Shown one piece after another: positions 1 through 12,949 of a stretch of 64,000 nt of DNA; positions within the stretch are counted from its first letter, which is position 1; each line of letters opens with the position of its first letter. A program made the translations under genes and the position numbers. The stretch lies in the NCBI RefSeq assembly GCF_036321535.1, contig NC_087437.1, positions 3,658,001-3,722,000 on the forward strand. The letters run 5' to 3'. Source of the DNA: Camelus dromedarius. Taxonomy: Eukaryota. The notes below the pieces were generated by a model. It searched no databases and had not been told where the DNA came from. It saw only the letters and a program-made list of their open reading frames with translations.

Positions 1-1159
1 CATTTTCAGTTCTGATCTATTTTATCTACACTCCTGAAGATGGCTAGGATATAGTGATTCCTACTGAATAACAAAATTACAGATCAAGGATAATCTACAG
101 ATAAATTCCATTTCCTGTGGCCATTCAAGATTTACTTTATAAACACATTAGCGGCATATAGGAGTATTATGTACAGATAGTAAGCAAAAAATAATTAGTA
201 ATAAATAACAGTACAGATAAAACACAGAGAACAAATAAGAGTAGAACTATCTCAAACACTTTCCTTTGGCAAATATGCTATTCCTGGCTCTTGTCTAGGT
301 TATATTTTCATCTGTGGTGACAACTTCCATGTGGTGTTTCAATGCTGGTACCGTAACAAATTATGCACGTTGCCTTTTATTTTTAAGGAACAGAAAAGAG
401 TACATAGAAATTTCAGGAGTAGGAGTTTTGAAGACAAATATTGCCTGAATAAAAAATATCTAATAATCTTGTGAATTCAGTGGCTCTTCCCATCTGTATC
501 AACTCAAAACACAGAAAAGGCTAGACGCAGAGCTGCTGCTCCTGGGAGGTTCTCTGCAGAGAATCTGGTGTGGATGCAGGAACTGGCTTCAGGATGGACC
601 ACATCCAGCCCTCTGCCGGGGAGCTCCTTGGAGATCATGTGGGAAAGAGGTAAAGCGTCTAACTGCTCTGTTGTGCAGTCAAAGGCTCCCAGGGCTTGAC
701 AGAAGAGGCTACAGCCAAGCCAAGAAACCCACGGGTGAGTCAGTAGTTAGCTAAGCGGCAGGCCGCAAGGTCGGCATTTGTTCTGGCAGCGCTGGGAGGC
801 CTCTGTGTCTGTGCCTTCACCACCCGGCGGCCGTGTCCTCCCATGTCTAAATCGCAGTCCCTACAGGAGCTACGGGGACTGCCCCGTGAAGAAGTTCCCT
901 GAGAACAAACTGCCCTTCCCTCTCCTTTTAGCCAAAAATGAGTAGCTGCCCTTTTTGGTGAGCAGCTTTCTGGATCTTCTTTCTAGAGACTTAAAGTTCT
1001 CTTTACACCAGGGGTGGAATGAGTCAACTCTAGTTTCCCCTCAAAGCCAGTTAGGGCTCCCTCGCTGCCCCCTCCACCCCAGACAAACGGTCAGACAGCT
1101 CTGCTTTTCTCACTTATATGGATGAACAAAGTCACTAAATGTTATGGCTTAATATTTCA

Positions 1160-1774
1160 ATATTTGTGTTTCTATACACCAGTAACTATCAGATAATGAA
1201 ATTAAGAAAATAACCCCATTGCAATTGCATCAAAAAGAATAAAATTTGTAGGAATAGATTTAACCAAGGAAAGGAAAGACCTGTACACTGAAAACTCCAA
1301 GACATTGATTAAAGAAATTGATGAAGACACAGAAATGGAAAGATATCCCATGCTCATGGATGAGGAGAATTAATATTGTTAAAATATCCATACTATCAAA
1401 GTCAATCTACAGATTCAGTGCAATCCCTATCAAAATTCCAATGGCATTTTTTCACAGAAATAGAACAAAAAATTTCAAAATTTGTATTTAACTGCAGAAG
1501 ACCCAAAATAGCCAAAGCAGCCTTGAGGGGAAAAAAAAAAAAAGATGAAGGCATCATGCTTCCTGATTTCAAACTATATTACACAGCAGTAGTAATCAAA
1601 ACAAAATGGCATTGACATAAGCACTGACAACAGATCAATGGAACAGGGTGGAGAGAGTCCAGATATAAACCCAATCATATGTAGTCAATTAATTTACAGC
1701 AAAGAAGCCAAGAATATACGATGGAGAAGACAGGCTCTTCAATAAATGGTACTGGGAAAACTGAAAAAAAAAAA
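1160..1774 (+). mobile_element. Old LINE-1 ORF2 fragment
   Basis: Degenerate ORF2 sequence (aaccaaggaaaggaaagacctgtacactgaaaac; translation PKIAKAAL...[21 protein letters not shown]), frameshifted, ending in an A-run. Confidence 0.85.
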
Positions 1775-1789
1775 AGGAGACACTGATGG

Positions 1790-2268
1790 CCGTCTCCCAT
1801 CTACCCACACCTCCACCACCACACACTCTGGAGAAGAGGAAGGACCCTCCCAGACCCTGGGGAGCATCACAGGTGACCTAAGCCCAGCATGGAATCCTAC
1901 TCCCCCATCAGTGACCAGTCTAGACATGCGTTGCACCCTGGCCTGGGAGATGGGAGGAGATGTCTCCGGAGGGTTTTCTGGGAAAGATGTTACTCACTGA
2001 TGAAAAAGAAGCACAGGAGGAAAGTCTCCTTCACTCTGCCCCTGCAATATCACCCCCACGTGGCCCCTTACGCTGTGGCAGCCGGTTGGGGTCATGGAGG
2101 CAGTGCCCTGAGATGACCGGCCAGGTGACGGGAAGGCACTGAGGCCCCTAATGATGCTCAGAGCCGCTGACTCCGTCAACCCCGATCTGCTCTCCCGCTG
2201 GACTTCTGTTGGGGAGAGAAGTCCTTTTTATTGTTGAGGACAATTTGGCAGCTAAGGATACTCTGACA
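1790..2268. mobile_element. Probable ancient ERVL/MaLR-type solo LTR
   Basis: Resembles old LTR consensus motifs (ttctgggaaag, ctggacttct, ends ...ctgaca); recognised by recall only. Confidence 0.35.
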
Positions 2269-5014
2269 AGGAGAGAAAGGGGACTTTTGAAGAGGGATGG
2301 GAAGCAGAGGTGGAGAACGTGGCAGACACTCCACTCGTCTGTACCTGCTCAGTCAAGGGCGAGAAAACCCAAGAGAGAAAGTCAGGTTTGGCTGTGCTGA
2401 TCATAAAGACTCCAACAAAGGCAAATTCCTTGAGGACAGGGCCACGGTTCACATCCTTAGAAAGCACTGCGTCTCCTAATTTAAACTGGAAAAGCTCTTT
2501 TCTACCTGAATGATGGTACGAATCTAAGAAAATCATGAGAAAGTAAACTACAATGAACTACACAAAAGTGGATCTCTAGTGAGACAAAATACTTGGATAA
2601 ACGACTAGAATTATTTGTTATTAGTAAATCTGGAAACTAAAATAAACATACTATTTCTTTAAATAATTTGAAAACAATTTTAGTCATCAACTCAAAATTC
2701 TAATATATCAAAAATTTTAGCAGTTATCAAAATGTATCAGGATCCAAAATGATAAAAATTCCACCACTGTTGTTCCCTCCTTCCCTTGGGTGTAGATATT
2801 GGAGTTATGACAGCAAACAGGTCTCGAAAATGAGGGGCAAGGAGGAAAAGAGCGAAGAAAAGGGCATGGATAATTCAGCCATCAAAAAAATTAAATAAAA
2901 TACATAAATGAAAAGGACTAAGATGCAAATGACCAAGAAAAATAGAATTTCTAAGATATTTGGCCTCTCTCCTCTTCTGCTACCCCCCAAAGTTAAGAAA
3001 ATATACTTTAATAAATAATAATAAATATATGTTTCTATAATTATCTGGAAATAGAAACAATTGCTAATATTAGGAATTATTTTGTTTTACACAGTCTGAA
3101 GCCTCAAAGTTAAGAAATTAAGAATGAAGTCATGAGGTGTTAGAAGCACAAAGCTGGTCATCATAATTCTCAGAAGAAGGAAAAACAAAGCTCCAAGAAT
3201 GGGAGATGCCATTTACTCATAAGGCAGCATTGTGAGAGGCCTCCAACCACAAGTCTCCCTTGACCCCTCAGGGCCCCTCCTCCACGCTCCCACTGCACCC
3301 TGTGACATCCCTTCACATAGGAGCTCCCCTCCCGGATGGCAGGCCCCCCAAAGGCCAGCACACACTCCACTCACCATGGGGTTCCCAGCACCTGGCAGTG
3401 TCTGATGTATCTGAACGGGGCCAAGATTTGCACACTCCTCACCCTTCAAACTGTGGTGCAGTCATTACCCTCACCACAGCAACTGTAATGCTGACAAGCA
3501 TGTATTTTCATATTCATTGTTGGTCCCCCGCCCCGAGACTGGCAACAACTTCACTGTGTCCGTTTCTGTACCCTGGGTCTCAGCACAAGTCTTAGCACAT
3601 TGCAGATGCTCCATGAATGTTTGCTGACTGTGAGACGATCAAAATCAGCAGGGCCCCAAGGTGGTGGGAGACACAGCTCCTACACATGATTTTTCTCCTT
3701 ATGAAACATTTCAGCTTACACGCTCGGTGTCCACCAAAAAATGGAAGTTCAGAACAATTTGCTTCCTAACGTACTTGCTGGAATGGACTTATCTGGAAGC
3801 TGACTTACCCATGGGAGCTGGCAGTAATACTCCAGAGACAAAGAGAAATGGCAAAAAGAGATTTCAACCTGGAAAATGGTTTTACTCAGATGTTTCACAG
3901 TGTCTCAGAGATAATACCCTGTGCCATTGACCTGGCCCAAGAGAAGTACCATGCTGCCCAGTTTCTGATCCTGTCCCCTCACTCAACCTCTTTTCCAACT
4001 TTGGACTGGATTTTATGTATTTATAGAATGTTAAAGCAAGTTACAGCAGAGCCAACATTGATCTCTTGAAGGAGGAAACAGATCACAACTCCAAAGAACA
4101 GACTTTTGTCTCCAAATCTAAGTTTCCCTTCTCCTGTTTGTGAATAGAGATCTTCAATGTCTAGTAGTTACAACAGTCCAAAACTTTTTTCATTGTTCAA
4201 ACCATTTTTCAAAAAACAAAACCTCCTGTCACCTACTCCACTCTTCCCCTCCTTGTCATTAGAGAAGGGATAATGAAAACAAAAAATGTCCCCGCAGTGA
4301 CTGGAATCATGGTCTAGCTCTTGATGAGGCATGAGTGAGGCTATGTCTGTTTTTATTAATTATCACTGGAGTGTTATGGAAAATCTTACCAATAGTCTTG
4401 AGTTTTTGCCAATTGTAGAGCCCCAGATTTGGAGATTTGGGATGAGACCACATAGAGGAGAAAGACGATGTTTCTCAGGACTACTGTTTCCTAGCAAGGT
4501 GGTGAAATGGCATTTTTGAGGATGTCCTAAGTTTCACATCACTGCAGGTGTGATCATGTGTGTGTGAGGGCCAATTTTTAAAAAGCTCAATTGTGCAAAA
4601 CTTAACTTGATTGGAAATTGTTGAATAATGCAGTAATATGCCTTGAGAACAAAAATAAATATTGATAGCATAAAATTCAATGCGATGACTCACTCAATCT
4701 CTCTATCACTTCCAAAGATACTGAGCTTAGAGCAAACAAAGATGCTGTTTACGTCAGCAAGGAAATTAAGGAGCATGACAATGTCAGAGAGAATAATTTA
4801 CCATTGACAATCAGGTTACCTCTCATTATGACAGTTATATGCTCCAAATTTACAATTACTGTTAGGTTAATATTCAAAATGCAATGTTCCAATGCATAAT
4901 TCATGTCAGGTTTTTATTTTGAACATAACAGAAAAATACTAGAATTGGGGATTTCAATGAGCTAATCAGATGTGATGCAAAGCCTATCACAAAATCAAGA
5001 CACAGCAAGAGAGT

Positions 5015-5912
5015 TTTATTTATTTATTTATTTTTATTGAGTTATAGTCAGTTTACAATGTTGTGTCAATTTCTGGTATACAGCACAATGCTTCAGTCAT
5101 ACATGAATATACATATATTCATTTTCATGTTCTTTTTCATTGTGAGCTACTATAAGAACTTGAATATATTTCCCTGTGCTATATAGTATAAACTTGTTTA
5201 TCTATTCTATATATGCCTGTCAGTATCTATAAATCTTGAACTCCCAGTCTATCCCTTCCCTCTCCCCTCCCCACTGGTAACCACAAGTTTGTATTCTATG
5301 TCTGTGAGTCTGTTTCTGTTCCATATTTAAATTCATTTGTCTTCTTTTTTTTTTTAGATTCCGCATATGTGAGTGATATCATATGGTATTTTTCCTTCTC
5401 TTTCTGGCTTACTTCACTTAGAATGACAATCTCCAGGAACATCCATGTTGCTGCAAATGGCATTATGTTGTCATTTTTATAGGTGAGTAGTATTCCATTG
5501 TATAAATATACCACCATTTCTTTATCCAGTCATCTGTCAATGGACATTTAGGTTGTTTCCATGTCTTGGCTATTGTAAATTGTGCTGCTGTGAATATTGG
5601 GGTGCAGGTGTCTTTTTGAATTAGGGTTCCTTCTGGATATATGCCCAGGAGTGGGATTGCTGGGTCATATGGTAAGTCTATTTTAAGTCTTTTGAGGAAT
5701 CTCCATACTGTTTTCCACAATGGCTGCACCAAACTGCATTCCCACCAGCAGTGTAGGAGGGTTCCCTTTTCTCCACAGCCTCTCCAGCATTTGTCATTTG
5801 TGGGCTTTTGAATGATGGCCATTCTGACTGGTGTGAGGTGATACCTCATCATAGTTTTGATTTGCATTTCTCTGATAATTAGTGATATTGAGCGTTTTTT
5901 CATGTGCCCATT
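5015..5912 (-). mobile_element. 5'-truncated relatively young LINE-1 (ORF2 C-terminus + 3'UTR + A-rich tail)
   Basis: ORF 5463-5981(-) contains [13 protein letters not shown]...[18 protein letters not shown] (ORF2 Cys-rich domain); (TTTA)n tail at ~5015-5037. Confidence 0.93.
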
Positions 5913-7735
5913 GAGAAACCAAGTTTTAAAAAGCAACAAAAACTGATTAGCTCCATTTCCTTGACTAGGTAAAGCCAACAAAGGATAAACCCTGTTTAAA
6001 GTAAAATTAAATTATGATCCAGGCAAGAAAAAAGTTCATGCTCTAAAAATAAAATGAAAAAATAATCTAGAATTTTAATGAAATAAAGTCTCCTGATCTC
6101 ATTTGTAGCAGGCGCAGCCTGGCCTCAACATGAAGACAGCTAAAATAGCAAAAAGTTTGTATTTCTGAATTTCAGTCTCTATTTCATCATCACAGTAATT
6201 GTAACATATGGTTTGAGCTAAAACTCTCTCTTTCACTACAGCATAAAGCAGTCTGTCACTGTATTTAATCTGAGACGGAAAGGCAGGAAGATGAAGCTCT
6301 GTATGAGGAGGCTTCCCTTAGGGCGTTTGAGCGACTGTAACGGTTTTATATTTTGGCTCAGATGTGCCTATACTGAAAAATGTCTGTTTTTATGCACCAT
6401 AAAGCCAGGGCTTAACCTACTGACAGAGCTCAAATTAGAATCTACTACCAGGAAGGATCCAGTTTCCCTGATTGACAGAGTTTACTCATTGATTTTAACA
6501 CATGAAAAAGCCCCGGTGGGCAGTGGAGGGGGAGGAGGAGACAGGGGAGCATCGTGGCCTGTCTCTGGTGACACGTGGGTCATTTTTCAGGCTCAGGAGG
6601 CGGAGAGAAGCCTGGCTAAACAAGGTCCTCGCTGCATCTCACGAGGGTGGGGCACGCTTGTCCCTCCTGCTCAGGGAGTCCACAGGAACTCGGCCCAGAA
6701 GGCCACCTCCTCAGGTCACAACACTGAGCCAAGGACACAGCATAAGAGTCTTGAGCATGGTTTCTAGAGACTCTGGAATTTATTTGAAGATAAATCGAAG
6801 TGTTTTCATGTTCACACAATGAAAACATGAGAACTCATGTTAAACTCACAAAGTGTGATATATGAGAGAGCCCCGAAGGAGGACACCGGATGGGGGAGCA
6901 GCTCTCAGACTGCGCTGTGCACACAAAGCATGGGGGACCCGCCCCAGGACGGCCGAGGGTGGGCCTGAGACCACATATTTCTAACAGGGTCCTGGGGGAG
7001 GCCCTGCACTGCCAGCCCAGGGAGCACACTTTGAGAGCACGCTCTGGGCAGGGGGGTGTCCAGAGGGCTGCCGGGGCTGAAACTGTCAAAGAGCCCAGAG
7101 CCCCCTGGAGGCTGAGGAGCAGCTCTGAGGAGCACCCCAAGTGAGAGGCATGTGCCCCTCCCACCCCAGGAAGCCTGAGATCTTCTCGAACAGCAAAGGT
7201 CTGGGAACCACTGCTGGTCCAGCTCCCTCACTTCACAGCTGAGGATGCTGGACCGCAGAGGCTGTGAGACTTGCCTCCGTGCTGTCCTGAGAACATCCCC
7301 CAGCCAACACCCACGGGACCCCAAAACAGCAGTTTTAAAACATCATGAGGAAAATCTCCCTGACAACTTTGGCCCACATCCTAAAAACTGTGATTTGCCT
7401 TGGTCACCTCTTGTTCTGTCCCCAGGAGTGATCGAGTACAGCTGCTCACCGACACTGAGCATGCCTTGCTACATAATTTATTACTTTAATGTATTTATAC
7501 TCAGCCTCATTCCACAGGGGATTTGACATAACTTATATAATAAAACAGAAAACTGAGACCAGCAAGAGTAGGTGGAAATAAGAGCAGGGAAAAGAAGAAC
7601 ACAAATGTGCTGGCCAAAAATTACCGCTATGGTTGAGCTTCAAATTTAATTCCCAACTTCTCGGACTGGATGATGATGATAGTTACTATTACTGCTGTCG
7701 CTGTTATTGATGGCTATGTCACAGTAACTCTTGGC

Positions 7736-8237
7736 TGTTGCCAGAGGGGGTTTCAATCTCTTCATCCTTTGGGACATAAGCCAGTTGTCACTTTAGTCAC
7801 AAAGCAGTGGAGGTGTCCCCAAGGAGAACATCTTGACTGTTTGAAGCACAGCTAACCTTCAGTGCCAGGGTCAGTTTGTTCTCATTTCTTTGAGGTCAGT
7901 TCTCAGAACTGCAGCAGCTTCTGTCATGGCTTCTGTCATGGTCATCATGTAGTTAACTTCTTCCACCTGGTGGGGGTTTCAGTACCCACAAGACAGCTCA
8001 AAGGCTATGGCTCGGAATATCATCTAAAGTCCTTGAGGAGGAACTAAAAGTCCTTGACTTTAATGGCTTAACTATTATTTTGTCTTGAATTACTGTTCTC
8101 CTTTGTTTCTGAATTTTCTCATTTCTCTGTTTAAATTTACTCTTTGGCTAAAGTTTTTCTACAGACAAGAGACAGGCAGAGGGCAAGGGAGGCAGGGGGT
8201 GGCCCTGGAAGGCTCCACATGGTCCTGCTCTGTTACA
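7736..8237. mobile_element. Probable solo LTR (ERV1-like)
   Basis: ~500 bp bounded by TGTTG...TGTTACA (TG..CA) with LTR-like internal sequence; no clear TSD. Confidence 0.45.
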
Positions 8238-8379
8238 AAAGTTCTGTTCCAATTTTCATGAAAAGTATCTTTTGGCAATTGTAGAGCAATGAGCCCAACA
8301 TTAGTCACTGGCAAAGCTGAAGAACTGGTGATTAAACAGATGGCTTGTGAGCGTTTAGTGCAGGAAGCAGAGGGCAGCA

Positions 8380-9230
8380 GGGGCTCACGTGGACTTAAGG
8401 AGAAATGGCCACACTAAATTAACCTAATCTCTTTTTGTGAGAGGGTTTCTTGATTGGTAGAACGGAGAGAAGCAATGTAGTTGTGGTAGATAATGATTCC
8501 AGCCCATCTGATGAAGTCATGTTAACAGATGTCAGCAAGAGGAGGCCTGTGACATCCTTTCAACACGGAGAGATGCAATCTCCATGTGGACTCGTGGCTG
8601 CTGAGCAAGCAGACCAAACGTGCTAGAGTCTTGGGTCTCAATCTGCTTTGCAGCTGTTCCCTCTTGTAATGCCCTTGGTTCCAACCCTAACGACACCTTC
8701 ACCAACATTTTACTAATGACTCAAATGAAGAGCCCAAAGGATGTATTTGCCAAGTCTGAGGAAGATGCAAAACCAGGCAGAATAATCAACAGATACGAGC
8801 AGAGTCAATTTTTCAAAGTGGTTGAAGGAGCTGAAATGTGAGCCAGGAACCACCCAGGTCAAATTACGCAAGGCTAACCTGAAGTTCTACAGTTACAGGT
8901 GGAAAAACCCAATCCTCAGATCCAAGACGAGCAAATCCCAGCTGAAGAGTAGCATGGCTCAACTACAGACACTGACGGTTTGCGGGGAAGGGAGGAGTTG
9001 CCCCTCAAATTCACCAGGAGACCACAAGGTGATGTGATCACCCCAAGAGCTCCCGAGACTCCACCCTGATGGTGAACCATGTGAAAGGTATTAGCATCAA
9101 TATATTCGGCTCCAAATGGTCCTTGTGTTCAGGCCTGGGAACCTCATTTCAAGAAGAATATTGTCACCAAAAAATGACAACCAAGATGTTCAGGGTTCTT
9201 AAAATCAGGTTATCCAAGGAACAGAGAATG
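8380..9230 (+). mobile_element. Ancient CR1/L3 LINE reverse-transcriptase fossil
   Basis: Degenerate matches, in the correct order, to CR1 RT motifs: attaacctaatctctttttgtgagagggtt (cf. TNLISFFDRV), aagtctgaggaagatgcaaaacca (cf. KFADDTKL), cctcatttcaagaagaatatt (cf. PHFKKDI). Confidence 0.65.
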
Positions 9231-9349
9231 GAGAGGGACGGAGCTAATATACTTCGGCCAATAACTTATTAAAATGTGCTAGGAATACTTCCTGTGTCAT
9301 TTGTTTAGTACTTATAACTTATTAGAGTAGTTATTATTTCCCCCACTTT

Positions 9350-12300
9350 TTTAAATAGACTTTATTTTTTTAGAGCAGTTTCAGGTTCACGGCAGAATTG
9401 AACAGAAAATACAGAGAGTTCCCACATACCCTCCCCACCCACACGTATATACTCCCCTGCCCTCAACATCCCTCATCAGGGTGGCATATTTGGTACAATC
9501 GATGAACCAACATGGGCACATTATTATCAACCAAAGTCCATAGTTTACATTAGGGTTCACTCTTGATGTTGTACATTCTATGGGTTTTTACAAATGCATA
9601 ATGACATGGAGCCACCACTATAGTATCATACAGAATAATTTCATTGCCCTAAAAATCCCTTGTGCTCCATCTATTCATTCCTCCCTCCTCCCTCTCCCCA
9701 AAGCCCTGGAAACCACGATCTTTTTATTGTTTCTGTTGCTGTGTCTTTTCAAGAATGTCATTTGGTTGGAATCGTACAGTTTGTAGCCTTTTCAGACTGG
9801 TTTCTTTCATTCAGTAATATGTCTTTTATGCCTTTCATGGCTTGATAGATCTTTTTTTTTTACTTCACATGTATTTTTAAATTTACCTATATGTACTGTT
9901 CATTATTTCTAAGAACACTTAGAGCCTTAGCTTTTTAAACTTCATGGTTATCAAAGGAATAAAGCCAACCACAAAATAAGAATTAATTCAAAAAGATACA
10001 TACACCCTGCTATTAACAACATTATTTATAATTGCCAAGATACAGAAGCATCCTAAGTGCATATCAATAGTTGAATAGATAATGAAGATGCAGCGCACAC
10101 ACACACATACACACAAGAATACAACTCACCCATAAGAAAGAAGGATATTTTGCCATTTGCGGCCCATCATTCACTTTTTTTTCACTTCAAAAGCCAGAAT
10201 TTTATAACCAGCATAAACATTTCCAATACATCAAAAACAACAAAATACCTAGAAATAAACTTAACCAAGGAGGTTATCTATACTCCGAAAACCAAAGTGG
10301 CACAAAGAAATGGAAAGTTTTCTTGCCCTCTTGGACTGGAAAAATTAACACTATCAAAATGGCCAGACTACCCAAAGCGATCCACAGATCCAACGTAACC
10401 CTCATCAAATACTCACGATATTCTTCACAGAACTAGAACAAACAATTGCAAAATTTATAAGGAACCACAAAGACCTTGAACAGCCAAAGCAATCTTTTGT
10501 AGGTCCTTTTTTCTCTTCCTTCTTTTTGTTCTCTTTTCTTATGGTTTGATGACTAGAGAAGGTCCTTTAACATTTCTTGTAAAGCTGATTTGGTGGTGCT
10601 GAAATCTTTTAGCTTTTGTTTATCTGTGAAGCTTTTGATTTCTCCATCAAGTCTGAACGAGACCCTTATTGGATAGAGTATTCTTAGTTGTAACTTTTCT
10701 CCTTTCACCACTTTAAATGTATCTTGCCACTCCCTTCTGGCCTGGAGAGTTTCTGTTGAAAAATCAGCTGATAATCTTATGGGAGCTCCCTTGCATGTTA
10801 TTTGTTGCTTTTCTCTTGCTGATTTTAATATTCTCTCTTTATCCTTAATTGTTGTCAATTTGATGACTATGTGCCTTGGTGTGTTCTTCTTTGGGTTAAC
10901 TCTGTGTGATATTCTCTGTGCTTCCTGGACTTGGGTGACTGTTTCCTTTCCCGAGTTGGGGAAGTTTTCAGTGATTATCTCTCCAAAAATTTTCTCAGGT
11001 CCTTTCTCTCTCTCTTCTCTTTCTGGGGACCCTATAATATGAATATTAATGCACTTCATGTCATCCCAGAGTTCTCTTAAACTATCCTCATTTCTTTTCA
11101 TTCTTTTTTTTCAGTTCCGCAGTAGTGATTTCTACCAATCTGTCTTCTAGCTCATTGATCCATTCTTCTGCCTCATTGAGTCTATTCTTGGTTCCTTCTA
11201 GTGTGTTACTCATTTCAGTGATTTTATTTTTCAACTCTGGGTATTCTTTATATTTTCCAACTCTTTGCTAAAAACTTCACTCTATGCATCTATACTCCTC
11301 TTGAGTTCTCTGAACATCTTCACCATCATTACTTTAAACTCTTTCTCAGATAAATTGCCTGTCTCCTCATCACTTATTTCTTCTTCCGGGATTTTATCTT
11401 GTGCCTTGGCCTGGGAGATATTCCTTTGCTGCCTCACATTGTCTATCTTTCTATTTGTATTTTTAGGTAAGTTAGTTACGTTTCTCAGCCTTAGAGGAGT
11501 GGCCTCCTGTGGTAGACGTCCTGTGTGTCCCAGCAGTACACTCCTCTCTTGTCCCCCAAGGGCCAGGGTCCAGCTGGTCCCAGTGTAGAGTCTGGCCTGT
11601 GTTTGTGGATTGTTGTTTTCTTATTTCTGGTATCTGCTCCTGGTGGATGAGGCTGGACCAGAGGCTTATGCAGGGTTCCTGGCAGGAGGAGCCAGTGCCT
11701 ACCCACTCCTGGGTGAAGCTTCGTCCTGGATCTCTGGTGGGTAGGGCTGTGTCTAGAGGCCTTTGTGGCTTAGGAAGTCTGCTGATGGGTGGGCCTGTGT
11801 TCCCACCCTGTATGTTGTTTGGCCTGAGGCTTCCCTACAGGCTTTGGGTGGGGCTAGGTCTTGGTGCTAATGATCCGATCAAGATGTCAGCCTCCAGGAA
11901 AGCTCATGTAGATGAACACTCTTGGAATGTCCACCACCAGCTTTTATGTCCCCTGGGTGAGCTGCAGCCATCTCCCATGTCCCCAGGAGACACTCCAAAT
12001 CCAGCAGGCAGGTTTGGCCCAGGTTCCATGAAATCACTGCCTATGTCCTTGGACCTAGCACACGTGAGCTTCCGTGTACACTTCCCAAGAGAATGGAGTC
12101 TCTGTTTCCCCCAGTCCATGGGGCTCCTGGGCCAAGCCCCACTGGCCTTCAAAACCATATGTCCTGGGGTCTCCTCCTCCTCCCGATGCTGGAACCCAGG
12201 CTGGGGAGCCTGATGTGTGGCTTAGAGCTCTCACTCCTGTGGGAGGGCCTTTGTGACTTAACTATTCTTCAGCTTGTGGGTTACCCATCTGAGAGGTATG

Positions 12301-12492
12301 GGGCCTAATTACATCGCAAGCATATCTCTCCTACCATCCTGTTGTGGTTCCCTCTCTATGTTTCCAGTTGCAGAAGATCTTTTTTGCTAGGTTCCAGTCT
12401 TTTTTCCAATGGTTGTTTGGCATTCAATTGTGGTTTCACTGTAGTCGGGAGGAGACGTGAGCTCCTGGTCCTACTACTCCACCGGAAATCCC
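9350..12492 (-). mobile_element. Composite ORF1-only L1-derived element, copy A (5'UTR + ORF1 + chimeric tail), inserted in a MIR
   Basis: 16-bp TSD ttatttcccc(c/t)acttt at 9334-9349 and 12493-12508; 5'UTR ~11440-12492; ORF1 10553-11437; tail of L1 pieces antisense to ORF1; old L1 3' end with AATAAA (tttatt at 9361-9366). Confidence 0.85.
10553..11437 (-). pseudogene. L1 ORF1p (disrupted), copy A
   Basis: ORF 10553-11101 ...NTPRHIVIKL...PIRLSADFSTETLQARREW...LQEMLKDLL*; start ATG>GTG at 11437, premature TAG at 11282-11284 plus a frameshift. Confidence 0.9.
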
Positions 12493-12620
12493 TTATTTCC
12501 CCTACTTTACAGATGATAAAGCTGAGACCGAGAGTCTGGATAATCGTCCAAAGTAAGTGGAGAGGTTGAGATATGGATGCATGATAGTCTTACTTAAAGG
12601 CAAAGCTCTGTCCACTTCAT
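12493..12620 (+). mobile_element. MIR SINE (3' part; 5' part lies at ~9270-9349, split by copy A)
   Basis: MIR core-like ttatttcccctactttacagatgataaagctgagac. Confidence 0.65.
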
Positions 12621-12949
12621 TATGATGTCACCTTCATGCAGTGGATAAAACAGTGGTCATATTGAGAGCTGAGACTGAGAAGGGACGTGGTGACTGTCAT
12701 ACAGTCCCCATACAGGCCAGGGTTTCATGCTCTTTCACTGGCCTGGGACACCCTCTCTTTACCCTTCTCCGCCAGACTCATATTATCTTGCAAGAGGTAG
12801 CTCCTACACTTTCTTCTTCACTTTGTAAAGACAGGTGAAGTGCACCTCCACCTCGCCTACCCTGCAAGGGATTGAAAGTGCCTGTTTACATCCCTGTTGG
12901 CCTGACTTTCCATAAGCTCTTTGAAGGCAAGATCCATGTCCAATTCGGT

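Noticed and set aside
11509..12213. 234-aa ORF (and its counterpart 22555-22929) as a novel gene or ORF0-like product
   Set aside because: Antisense to the element's 5'UTR, starts at GTG, is not kept open to the same length in the other copy, and has no recognisable domain
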